A stretch of DNA of 64,000 nucleotides from an uncultured virus (IMG/VR IMGVR_UViG_3300028557_000015) (taxonomy: Duplodnaviria; Heunggongvirae; Uroviricota; Caudoviricetes). The notes under the pieces were generated by a model. That model searched no databases. It was given only the letters and a program-made list of their open reading frames with translations, and was not told the DNA's origin. The position numbers and the translations under genes are program-made. Numbering within the stretch: position 1 is the stretch's first letter; every line of letters starts with the position of its first letter. The DNA is taken from positions 1-64,000 of IMG/VR virus record IMGVR_UViG_3300028557_000015; one strand, written 5' to 3'. Positions 27,820 through 35,732 of the stretch are shown piece after piece.

Positions 27820-28920
27820 TCACTCACCAGCTTGCACAATGTACTTGCCGTATTTCTTATGAAACTCATCAAAGTTTTTCAATTGACTTGGCTCAATCGG
27901 CAACTTGTATGTTTTCAATGCAATCTTCGCACCCATTACAACCAACTCAGTCTCAAAGTTTGCCATAATGTAGTTAAAGAAGTTATCAGCCATTTCGTGG
28001 AACTTCTTACTGTCCACTTTCTTATTCTCAAGTGCATCACGCAATTCATAGCACATTGAAATAGTCAATGAATACATTGCCGAGATTTCTTTAACTGCAA
28101 GGTCCTTCACTTTGCCTGACAAAATATCTGAGGGCTCGGGCATACGACCTGCAACTTTGCGGTGTGCCGCAAACTTAACAGCAAGACCTTCACCAACAGC
28201 TCCACTAATCAAATTGAACAATGTATCGGCATCAGTGTCATCCTCATCATTCAACAAGTCACTAACGAAACACCAGCTACGTGGAGTAGCGAATGCACGG
28301 CTTGATGATTTACTATCAAACTCATACAGGTCCTGTTTAGCGAATGATAGATAACCTACAACGTCTTTGTGAATAGCTTTATTCACAGCCCAAGTCTGCC
28401 AAGCAGTAAAATCGGCTCGCATTTCTAAGTGTAAGAAACGATTAGCAAGGGGCATCGGCATACGATATGTAACACCTTTGTCAGAGTCACGATTACCTGC
28501 CGCAACAATAACAACGTTATCGGGCAAGACATACTTACCTACACGACGGTTAAGAATCAACTGATAGCCTGCAGCCTGTACTGCGGGACTTGCTGAATTC
28601 ATTTCATCTAAGAATAGAACAACAATCGGGTATTGACTTGCTAATTCATCATCGGGCAAATCAACTGGTGCCGCCCAATCCATCTTATTGATATCACGAT
28701 TGAAGTATGGAATACCACGAATATCTGTAGGCTCCATTTGTGCCATACGCAAGTCAATCATATGACCGCCTAGTTCTGCCGTAACTTCTGCTACAACTTC
28801 ACTCTTGCCAATACCGGGCGGACCCCATAAGAATAAGGGACGTTTTGCCTTGAAAGCTTTAAGAATAGCTTTGCGGGCTTGAACTGACGTAATCGTCAGA
28901 TTATCTGATACTGATGCCAT
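27820..28920 (-). CDS. MoxR-like AAA+ ATPase
   Basis: WGPPGIGKS, LFLDEMN, AAGN, LANRF, TPRSW. Confidence 0.9.
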   Translation of the reverse strand: MASVSDNLTITSVQARKAILKAFKAKRPLFLWGPPGIGKSEVVAEVTAELGGHMIDLRMAQMEPTDIRGIPYFNRDINKMDWAAPVDLPDDELASQYPIVVLFLDEMNSASPAVQAAGYQLILNRRVGKYVLPDNVVIVAAGNRDSDKGVTYRMPMPLANRFLHLEMRADFTAWQTWAVNKAIHKDVVGYLSFAKQDLYEFDSKSSSRAFATPRSWCFVSDLLNDEDDTDADTLFNLISGAVGEGLAVKFAAHRKVAGRMPEPSDILSGKVKDLAVKEISAMYSLTISMCYELRDALENKKVDSKKFHEMADNFFNYIMANFETELVVMGAKIALKTYKLPIEPSQLKNFDEFHKKYGKYIVQAGE

Positions 28921-28951
28921 TAGATGCTCCTGTTGAAAATTTGATATATGA

Positions 28952-28980
28952 AGTATAGTCTAAAACTGATTTATTGTCAA
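28952..28980 (-). promoter_or_regulatory. sigma70-type early promoter
   Basis: TTGACA, 17 nt spacer, TATACT. Confidence 0.85.
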
Positions 28981-29052
28981 ATTTTGAGTTGTTGTTTATT
29001 TACAACATCTGCCCACTTGATTAACTAGTCAGTTTCTAGCTTCAATACAAGT

Positions 29053-29081
29053 ATTGTATCACCGATTCGATTTATTGTCAA
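29053..29081 (-). promoter_or_regulatory. sigma70-type early promoter
   Basis: TTGACA, 17 nt spacer, TACAAT, extended -10 TG. Confidence 0.85.
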
Positions 29082-29082
29082 A

Positions 29083-29379
29083 TTACGGCAGTTTTGTGTA
29101 TGCTCTACTCAGCATAGTTTGCAATAGAGTACTGGCCCTACTTACGTTAAAGTTTTCTTGACGATAGTGCCATTTTTTCTTACGTTCTGCAATTTCTAGT
29201 AGGTCCATTAGTTGATATTTGTCTTTTAAATCACTTGTGCCCATAAGCATTTTCTGCATATCTACAATATCTAAACTGTACTCTACCCATTTCATCGTGC
29301 TATCAATCTTTTTCTTAGGGATCATTAGTGGCCCATCGATTGATTTTGTGTACTTCAATACATAATTTGCTATCTTCAT
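29083..29379 (-). CDS. hypothetical protein
   Basis: 98-aa ORF with SD AAGGA and its own promoter. Confidence 0.65.
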   Translation of the reverse strand: MKIANYVLKYTKSIDGPLMIPKKKIDSTMKWVEYSLDIVDMQKMLMGTSDLKDKYQLMDLLEIAERKKKWHYRQENFNVSRASTLLQTMLSRAYTKLP

Positions 29380-29406
29380 AATAGGTCCTTAGTTAAGTGA
29401 AAGACT

Positions 29407-29435
29407 ATTATAGACCCAAAATGATTTATTGTCAA
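29407..29435 (-). promoter_or_regulatory. sigma70-type early promoter
   Basis: TTGACA, 17 nt spacer, TATAAT. Confidence 0.85.
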
Positions 29436-30037
29436 CTTTTAGGCAATGTGAAATACCAAATTGAGGTTGAAGGAATAATTGTAACCTTTTGTTTAAGCAA
29501 ATCTTCCATATATTCTACATTTAAATTTACATCAGGGAAACCTTTATTATGGTGATCACCTTCATACCAATCATGACCCAAAAACATACCGCCTGGCTTA
29601 ATTTTAGGTAACCAAAAATCAATGTTGTCTCTATCATTTGGATTTTTATGTGATGCATCTAAAAATATAAAATCTATGGGTCTTGTCCAATCCTTTACTA
29701 CTTCGGGACTAGAACCTTGTATGGCAACAATATTTTTTCGATTCTCTGTATTTTTTAAGAAAGTCTCTTTTGTGTTATAACTTCCTTTAGATGGCAAATT
29801 ATTTTTGGCAATTACCTCATCACTAAATTGAGGATCATACGAATCTCTACCATTCCAAAGATCAATACAATATAATGTGCCCTTATTGATTGCTATAGAT
29901 ATTGCATAACTACTTTTACCATGCAGGCACCCTACTTCTACACCAACACAGTCTGGTTGATTGTATTTCCATAATAATTTAATTGTTTCTGTTTGATGTG
30001 AGCCAGAAAACCAACCCAAGATATTGTTCATTTTCAT
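29432..30037 (-). CDS. class I SAM methyltransferase (Methyltransf_24-like)
   Basis: VEVGCLHGKS, CIDLW, FIFLDASH, KPGGMFLGHD. Confidence 0.88.
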   Translation of the reverse strand: MKMNNILGWFSGSHQTETIKLLWKYNQPDCVGVEVGCLHGKSSYAISIAINKGTLYCIDLWNGRDSYDPQFSDEVIAKNNLPSKGSYNTKETFLKNTENRKNIVAIQGSSPEVVKDWTRPIDFIFLDASHKNPNDRDNIDFWLPKIKPGGMFLGHDWYEGDHHNKGFPDVNLNVEYMEDLLKQKVTIIPSTSIWYFTLPKS

Positions 30038-30288
30038 TTCATTAAATTCGCCATTAGTACTAGTTTTTCTAAGTGATTGATTGCTGTATTGATTTCTTTT
30101 ACTTTATCATCAAGCATAGAGTATTTGCCTGTTCTACGTAGATTGACTTCTAGTTTGCTTAATTCACTTACCATTTTGTCAATGTTTTTGTGCATACGAT
30201 GTAAGTCTGGATTGTAGCCAATGCCATTCATTTGACTACTTAAGTCAATGCTAACTTGATTCCAATCAATTGCATGTTGAATTTTCAT
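30034..30288 (-). CDS. hypothetical protein
   Basis: 84-aa helical ORF behind a promoter. Confidence 0.6.
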   Translation of the reverse strand: MKIQHAIDWNQVSIDLSSQMNGIGYNPDLHRMHKNIDKMVSELSKLEVNLRRTGKYSMLDDKVKEINTAINHLEKLVLMANLMK

Positions 30289-30294
30289 ATCGTT

Positions 30295-30323
30295 AATGTA
30301 ACACAGTATGCTATTTATGTCAA
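30295..30323 (-). promoter_or_regulatory. sigma70-type promoter (weaker -10)
   Basis: TTGACA, 17 nt spacer, TACATT. Confidence 0.6.
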
Positions 30324-30324
30324 T

Positions 30325-30347
30325 AAAAAAGGCTCCTAAGAGCCTTT
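30325..30347 (-). terminator. Rho-independent terminator
   Basis: AAGGCTC/GAGCCTT stem with T-run. Confidence 0.75.
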
Positions 30348-30369
30348 CTAGAGTTTCTGTTACGAGGTC

Positions 30370-30771
30370 TTATCTAGCAAAGTCATTAATTTCAGATGGT
30401 TTGAGTTTTGCAAATGACGCTAATATTCTGGCTGCTTGTGTAGGATCTACTCCCGCACAAGTTAATGCATTTTTTAAGTCAATTGTCGTTGTAGCCCAAG
30501 CAAGAGTAACGGATTTATTATATGCCCTCACATCCGTATTATATTGTTTTACAGAATAGTCTTTACTAAACGTAGGTTTCTTTGGTTTTTTTCTAATACC
30601 ACTTGTTGACGCTGTATATGAACTGAACAATGCCATATTAAGTTTATATACACTTTCTACATCAGGTAATGTTGTTCGTAGCCAAGTATTAAAATAATTG
30701 GGAATAATAACTAAATCTGCTATAAAAGTGCCATAACAGTTGGCGAATTCTTGTGGGGTAGTTGGTCTCAT
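30370..30771 (-). CDS. hypothetical protein (133 aa)
   Basis: Start moved to ATG 30771 (MRPTTPQEF), 5 nt after GATAAATA. Confidence 0.55.
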   Translation of the reverse strand: MRPTTPQEFANCYGTFIADLVIIPNYFNTWLRTTLPDVESVYKLNMALFSSYTASTSGIRKKPKKPTFSKDYSVKQYNTDVRAYNKSVTLAWATTTIDLKNALTCAGVDPTQAARILASFAKLKPSEINDFAR

Positions 30772-30867
30772 AGTATTATTTATCTTTAACCAATAAAGAA
30801 AGTAATAAAATAGGCTACTAATGCGTGATTTTTTCACGCATTGATAAATAATAGAAAGGAGAAGTAT

Positions 30868-31356
30868 ATGGGTTTTATTTATATTTGGAGAGACAAAATA
30901 CGCAAAATGTATTACGTGGGTTCGCACGACGGGTCTCCTAATGACGGATACATTTCATCCTCACATTGGTTAACAAGTGAAGTTAGATATAGACCACACG
31001 ATTTTAAAAGACGCATTATAAAAATGATTGAAGTAACTGATATGAAAACTGAAGAATATCGCCTATTGAATATGATTAAAGAAGATGAGTTTGGTAAAAA
31101 ATATTATAACTTAAAGCACGGCAAACCACGTGGCTCAGCACCGTGGAACAAAGGTAAAGTTAATATATACTCTGATGCAACTCTATCTAAAATGTCAGCC
31201 GCAAGAGTAGGAAAACCAACAACTAAAGGTAAGGCAAATCCACAGGCTATTATTAATGGCAAAAAAGGAGCAAGTAAGTTATCATCTACTGTTACTGGTA
31301 GGAGAAAGAAAGTATTACCTGACGGATCATGGACTTGGGAATATCCAAACAAATAG
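30868..31356 (+). CDS. GIY-YIG (Seg-like) homing endonuclease
   Basis: MGFIYIWRD...MYYVGSH, DGYISSS, KYYNL, PWNKGK; SD AAGGAG; late box at 30843-30850. Confidence 0.82.
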   Translation: MGFIYIWRDKIRKMYYVGSHDGSPNDGYISSSHWLTSEVRYRPHDFKRRIIKMIEVTDMKTEEYRLLNMIKEDEFGKKYYNLKHGKPRGSAPWNKGKVNIYSDATLSKMSAARVGKPTTKGKANPQAIINGKKGASKLSSTVTGRRKKVLPDGSWTWEYPNK

Positions 31357-31373
31357 GAGCCGAAGCTCCTATT
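31352..31373. terminator. bidirectional terminator with C(UUCG)G loop
   Basis: AATAGGAGC-CGAA-GCTCCTATT between the convergent endonuclease and tmRNA genes. Confidence 0.8.
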
Positions 31374-31374
31374 G

Positions 31375-31650
31375 TGGTTTTTTATTTAATACAGTAAGTC
31401 CTACTGCACCTTAACCTCACGCGGCTAAAGAATAAACGCTATCGTTTGCATTTATGGTTTTTGCTTCTTCGACCGGGTCACCCCAATCCTAACGGCTTCT
31501 GCTTTGCCGAGCTGTCCACTCTGTTACTCTTTGCCCAATCGATCCTGTGTCATCCCCACCTAAATACACAACATACACTTAGGTGGAGATGGCCGGCACT
31601 GCCCCGGCGTCTTGAACTTATTTTACATCGTTTCATACAGCAATAACTTC
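31375..31650 (-). ncRNA. ssrA: two-piece (circularly permuted) tmRNA, tag ANDSVYSLAA
   Basis: Acceptor piece ends GCCGG-GGCAGTG-CCGGC-CATCTCC-ACC (31582). A spacer follows, then GGGGATG (31557-31551; G3-U70 pair) and GGATCGA. Helix-2 pairs TTGGGC/GTTCAA and ACAGC/GCTGT. Resume context ATAAAT-GCA; tag at 31449-31417. Confidence 0.9.
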
Positions 31651-34600
31651 AATTGTATTTAGTATTAAAATACTCTTGTAACCAAGGCCAATCATAACTT
31701 AAACGTAATTTGTCTAACTCACCGTTGACTGATTCATAGTATTCTACAGCATGTTGAGCACCTTCGCAACTATATTGGGCAAAGTCTCCTTCACCGATAT
31801 TTAACCATGCTTCAAGTCTATCTTTACTTGCTTGGCTATCATCGGCTCTTAACTTCAATGCTTCTCTAAAACTAGTACGCCATGTACTCCAAGCATCAGT
31901 ATTATATATTGCTACACCACTATTTAACTCTACAACTTCGTGTTCATTGTCAAGTGTGAAGTCAAGCCCCGTTCCACTGTTAGCAAGTGTAATCTTCTTA
32001 TTATAAGCAATCATAGCTTGGTGACCATACTCTAATCCATTAACAGGGTTTGTAGCGTGAAAGATATAATGCTTAGGTACTTGTAGCCTATCAGGTTGCC
32101 ATGAGAAATCAAATTTATTGTTGACTTTTAATTTAGCAAATACAGTAAACATCCACGGTGTTTCACTTGCTTTCGCTGCCGCATGATACGCCTGTACACG
32201 ACCGTTAACACCATCAACTCTAACAACTCTATTATTTAATCCCTTAGTCACTTTTAGTAAGTGTTCGTAGTTCTCGTCAGCACCGGTTTCACCGTTACTT
32301 AGGAAGACTATATCCAGCGGTTGAGATTTAGCTAGAGACTTACTACGACTGATGTATGGATAATCATACAACTCATTCTCTATATAATCTTTTGCTTCTT
32401 TAGGAACAATTATTCGTGTTGCACCTGTACTCGTAATCAGTATGTTCTTAGTGTCCGGTGTCCACAAACTAATAGGTTCACTATCAAGTACATCTAATCC
32501 TTTGTTATCTTCCGTGACAAACGTAGCATAAGGCCAATCAAAATCAGTATGAATATTAGTGACATGTGTATCTTCTTTCGTAATAATAATAGGGGCGGGT
32601 AAGCGTTTTACTCTTTGATGTTGATTGTAGTTGACCTTTTCATAGTCTTCCATCATAATCATGTCATCAATCAATGACTTAAATTTGTTTACATCAATTA
32701 AAAATGTGTCTCCAAATTTCTGTTTATCGCTAGGAAACACATGTAATTGCTCCCTAGCATATGGATCGCATATATAACTAAAATCAAAATTTTCATAGTC
32801 ACATATACTTGAACATATCCAAAGATAGTGTTCTTTTCTAGTGTCTAATTTCTTTAATATCTCTTTGAATGTTTTTAGGTAGCTATGCTTATAGTCAACC
32901 GTAATTGTAGATTTATTACCAATCTTAGATTTGATAACTTCATTTACATTTGACTTGTTTCCATGATTAATTAATATCACATCATACAATGAGCCTTCTG
33001 CTTTGGCTCTCTTATCTTTAACAAAATTAAGCATACTTAAATGTTCTATGATTTTAACATATTTGGTATCTTCGTTAAATGTGTTCTTGTTTACAAGGTA
33101 TGTATTACCCCAATGAGTCCACTGACTACCAAACACATGAATCATTCGTTTTTGCCACGGGTTAGGGTTATAGTCAAAGTTAAACTCAGTATAGTCTAAT
33201 TCACTAGACAATACCCAAAATAGTTCAGTTGTGCTTTTTGACGTACAGCGTGAAATAGTTTCCACCCATGAATTTAAATATCTAGTTTTCTGAATAGATG
33301 GAAATTGTAATTTTAATTTTTCAAATCTATAACTGCTTTCACTGTTGCCCTTATCAACAAAGAACATATCACGGTGAATTATCTTTTGAATAACTTCATC
33401 GGTTATTTCTACAACAACGTTTTCTCTTATAGATTCATCATAATCTAATGTGATTGTTGACTTAAAGTCTGGTACAATATAAACAGGTCCGTCTGTTCCC
33501 CATTCATATCGTGCAGGATCTTTGTTAGGATTAGGTCTCCATGAAAAATCAAATGCTTTCAAGTCTAATTCATTACGAACTAACCAGTTAGTCATATTCA
33601 CTTTGGGAGTAGCAATGATAGAGTCTAAGAATTTGTATTCAGTTGCACCTTCAACACGATACATCACAGTAGGTTCTGTCTCAGCATCATTCCACTTGTT
33701 ACCAAACACATAAATGAAGGGTGGCTCTAATGGGTCGGGTCTCCAACTAAAATCAAACTTAGAAATAGACAACAGTATTTCCCACTGAGGTTCTTTCTCA
33801 GTAGATTTTACCATAGCAACATTATCTTCTATATACTTGTATTCAGTTGCCCCTGGCACAATATAAGATACTGTGGGTTCGATGAAGCAGTTGTTCCATT
33901 GATTGCCCCATACGTATATGTACGGTGGGCTATCAGGGTGTGGTCTCCAGCTATAGTCAAAACTATCTACTGGTATTAATGTTTCCCAGTTTTCTACAGT
34001 AGGTGCAACATTAGCAGACACATCATTAATATATTTCTTTTGTGTTGCGCCAGGTACAGTATAGATAACAGTAGGTTCAGTAACAGCATCGAACCATTGA
34101 TTACCAAACACATAAATGAATGGTTCTTCTGTAGTATCAGGGTGCCAACTATAATCAAAATCTTTTACAGGAATTAATGTTTCCCAGTTATCTTTGTTTG
34201 ATAATGCTTTTGCCTTTGTCACATTAACATATTGTATGTCGCTATCTTCTGTACATCCTACTGCATAGAATCTAGGTCCACCTGTTCGTTGCCATTGAGT
34301 ACCAAATTGATATATCAACGGTGCATGGTCTATATCAGGATGCCAACTAAAATCAAAATCAGTTGTATCAATTCCTTCAGGTATTGTCCAATGCATCTTA
34401 TCTTGTTTAGCTGTTGCTATCTGTGCATCGATATATTTTATCTCTGTTGCGCCCGGGGCAACATACCTAGGTCCTCCGGTGCGTGTCCATTGGTCGGGAA
34501 ATTGATAGATGAATGGTTCTTCCGTCGAATCAGGATGCCAACTAAAATCAAATTTAGATTGGTCTATATTTTTAGGTACTTGCCAATTTTCAAATTCTGT

Positions 34601-35722
34601 ACAAACAACTTCTGCTTTTAATGTATCAATATATTTTATATCCGTTGCGCCTGGCACTACATATCTTGGTCCACCTGTTTTTTGCCATTGTGTTCCAAAT
34701 TGATATATGAATGGAGGATCATATTTTGATAAGTCTGGTTCCCAACTAAAATCAAATTTATTCTGGAACATGTTAGTAGGTATGATCCAGTTATCCATGC
34801 ATGGATTACGCTTGACACGTTCTTCCATGTACTTGTATTCTGTGGCACCTTCTACTTTACGTATGACACTAATTTTGAATTCAGGTTTATTCCATTGATT
34901 ACCCCAAGCATAGATGTATGGTGGCGCAGTTGGATCAGGTACCCATGTCATATCAAATGAAGTTGGATCTATATCTTCAAGTGCTTCAAAGTCTGCGGGT
35001 CTAGCTGCCAACTTAGGCGCAATATTCTCAATAAACTTACGTTCAGTTGCACCTTCTACATGGTACTCTATAGTTGGCATCACACTTGCTGGGTATTGAC
35101 TGTTACCAAATACATAAATGTAGGGAGGTGCAGTTGGATCCGGTCTCCACGTATAATCAAAATTTGCCGGCTCGTATATAATATTAAACAAACGAGGCAT
35201 TGATAATAATGTAGCTAAGGTATCTGTTATGTATTTTTTATCCGTAGCACCCGGTACATGGTATTCAACCGTTGGCATGATAGTACCGGGATACCATTTA
35301 TTGCCCCATACATAAATATAGGGAGGGTCACTTGGATCTGGGTGCCATTTGAAATCAAATTTATCTTTTTCAATATATTCAATTATTTTCCAATTAGTTG
35401 TTACTTCTTCTTTGAGTGGGATAGGATCAACATCAGCACGATATATTGTTACCGCATCTGTGTTAGTTGAACAAAGCCAAGTTCCGCTGTCTTTCTGGTA
35501 AGGGCTTGGCCATACATTATTGTGTTCTTCAGCCCATACATCTTCGTCAGGAAGGAAATCAAAGTCCCAATCCCAATCAAAATCTTTATAATTGCAGTGT
35601 TCGTTGATTACCCAAAAGTGTTCAGTAGTGCATTGATGTTTGGCATCAGATAAATCTGTTGCAAATCTTTCTCTGGGGTGAACGTTGGGTTTTTCTCCGA
35701 AATAAAATACATCTCTTAGCAT
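31649..35722 (-). CDS. 1357-aa tandem-repeat protein with C-terminal glycosyltransferase-like modules
   Basis: About 10 repeats of FDFSWxPD..PPYIYxFGNQW...VPGATExKYI; C-terminus DIVFLSNGE..RVDGVNGR..AYHAAA resembles 58476..59429. Confidence 0.7.
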   Translation of the reverse strand: MLRDVFYFGEKPNVHPRERFATDLSDAKHQCTTEHFWVINEHCNYKDFDWDWDFDFLPDEDVWAEEHNNVWPSPYQKDSGTWLCSTNTDAVTIYRADVDPIPLKEEVTTNWKIIEYIEKDKFDFKWHPDPSDPPYIYVWGNKWYPGTIMPTVEYHVPGATDKKYITDTLATLLSMPRLFNIIYEPANFDYTWRPDPTAPPYIYVFGNSQYPASVMPTIEYHVEGATERKFIENIAPKLAARPADFEALEDIDPTSFDMTWVPDPTAPPYIYAWGNQWNKPEFKISVIRKVEGATEYKYMEERVKRNPCMDNWIIPTNMFQNKFDFSWEPDLSKYDPPFIYQFGTQWQKTGGPRYVVPGATDIKYIDTLKAEVVCTEFENWQVPKNIDQSKFDFSWHPDSTEEPFIYQFPDQWTRTGGPRYVAPGATEIKYIDAQIATAKQDKMHWTIPEGIDTTDFDFSWHPDIDHAPLIYQFGTQWQRTGGPRFYAVGCTEDSDIQYVNVTKAKALSNKDNWETLIPVKDFDYSWHPDTTEEPFIYVFGNQWFDAVTEPTVIYTVPGATQKKYINDVSANVAPTVENWETLIPVDSFDYSWRPHPDSPPYIYVWGNQWNNCFIEPTVSYIVPGATEYKYIEDNVAMVKSTEKEPQWEILLSISKFDFSWRPDPLEPPFIYVFGNKWNDAETEPTVMYRVEGATEYKFLDSIIATPKVNMTNWLVRNELDLKAFDFSWRPNPNKDPARYEWGTDGPVYIVPDFKSTITLDYDESIRENVVVEITDEVIQKIIHRDMFFVDKGNSESSYRFEKLKLQFPSIQKTRYLNSWVETISRCTSKSTTELFWVLSSELDYTEFNFDYNPNPWQKRMIHVFGSQWTHWGNTYLVNKNTFNEDTKYVKIIEHLSMLNFVKDKRAKAEGSLYDVILINHGNKSNVNEVIKSKIGNKSTITVDYKHSYLKTFKEILKKLDTRKEHYLWICSSICDYENFDFSYICDPYAREQLHVFPSDKQKFGDTFLIDVNKFKSLIDDMIMMEDYEKVNYNQHQRVKRLPAPIIITKEDTHVTNIHTDFDWPYATFVTEDNKGLDVLDSEPISLWTPDTKNILITSTGATRIIVPKEAKDYIENELYDYPYISRSKSLAKSQPLDIVFLSNGETGADENYEHLLKVTKGLNNRVVRVDGVNGRVQAYHAAAKASETPWMFTVFAKLKVNNKFDFSWQPDRLQVPKHYIFHATNPVNGLEYGHQAMIAYNKKITLANSGTGLDFTLDNEHEVVELNSGVAIYNTDAWSTWRTSFREALKLRADDSQASKDRLEAWLNIGEGDFAQYSCEGAQHAVEYYESVNGELDKLRLSYDWPWLQEYFNTKYN
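33470..35365 (-). repeat. coding tandem repeats of ~65-70 aa
   Basis: 9 complete units and 1 partial unit counted in the translation. Confidence 0.85.
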
Positions 35723-35732
35723 AGATACTTAC

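Noticed and set aside
30772..30927. 5' extension of ORF 30370..30927
   Set aside because: Overlaps the divergent endonuclease gene and promoters; ATG 30771 after a late box is the better start
31551..31611. Possible tRNA-Ala gene
   Set aside because: Acceptor halves are in permuted order, there is no anticodon arm and a tag ORF follows; it is the tmRNA tRNA-like domain
31446..31646. 66-aa plus-strand ORF
   Set aside because: Antisense to the tmRNA; TTG start, no SD
33470..35365. CRISPR array or DGR-type repeats
   Set aside because: Repeats are in-frame, degenerate at the DNA level and conserved at the protein level; no cas or reverse transcriptase genes in the window
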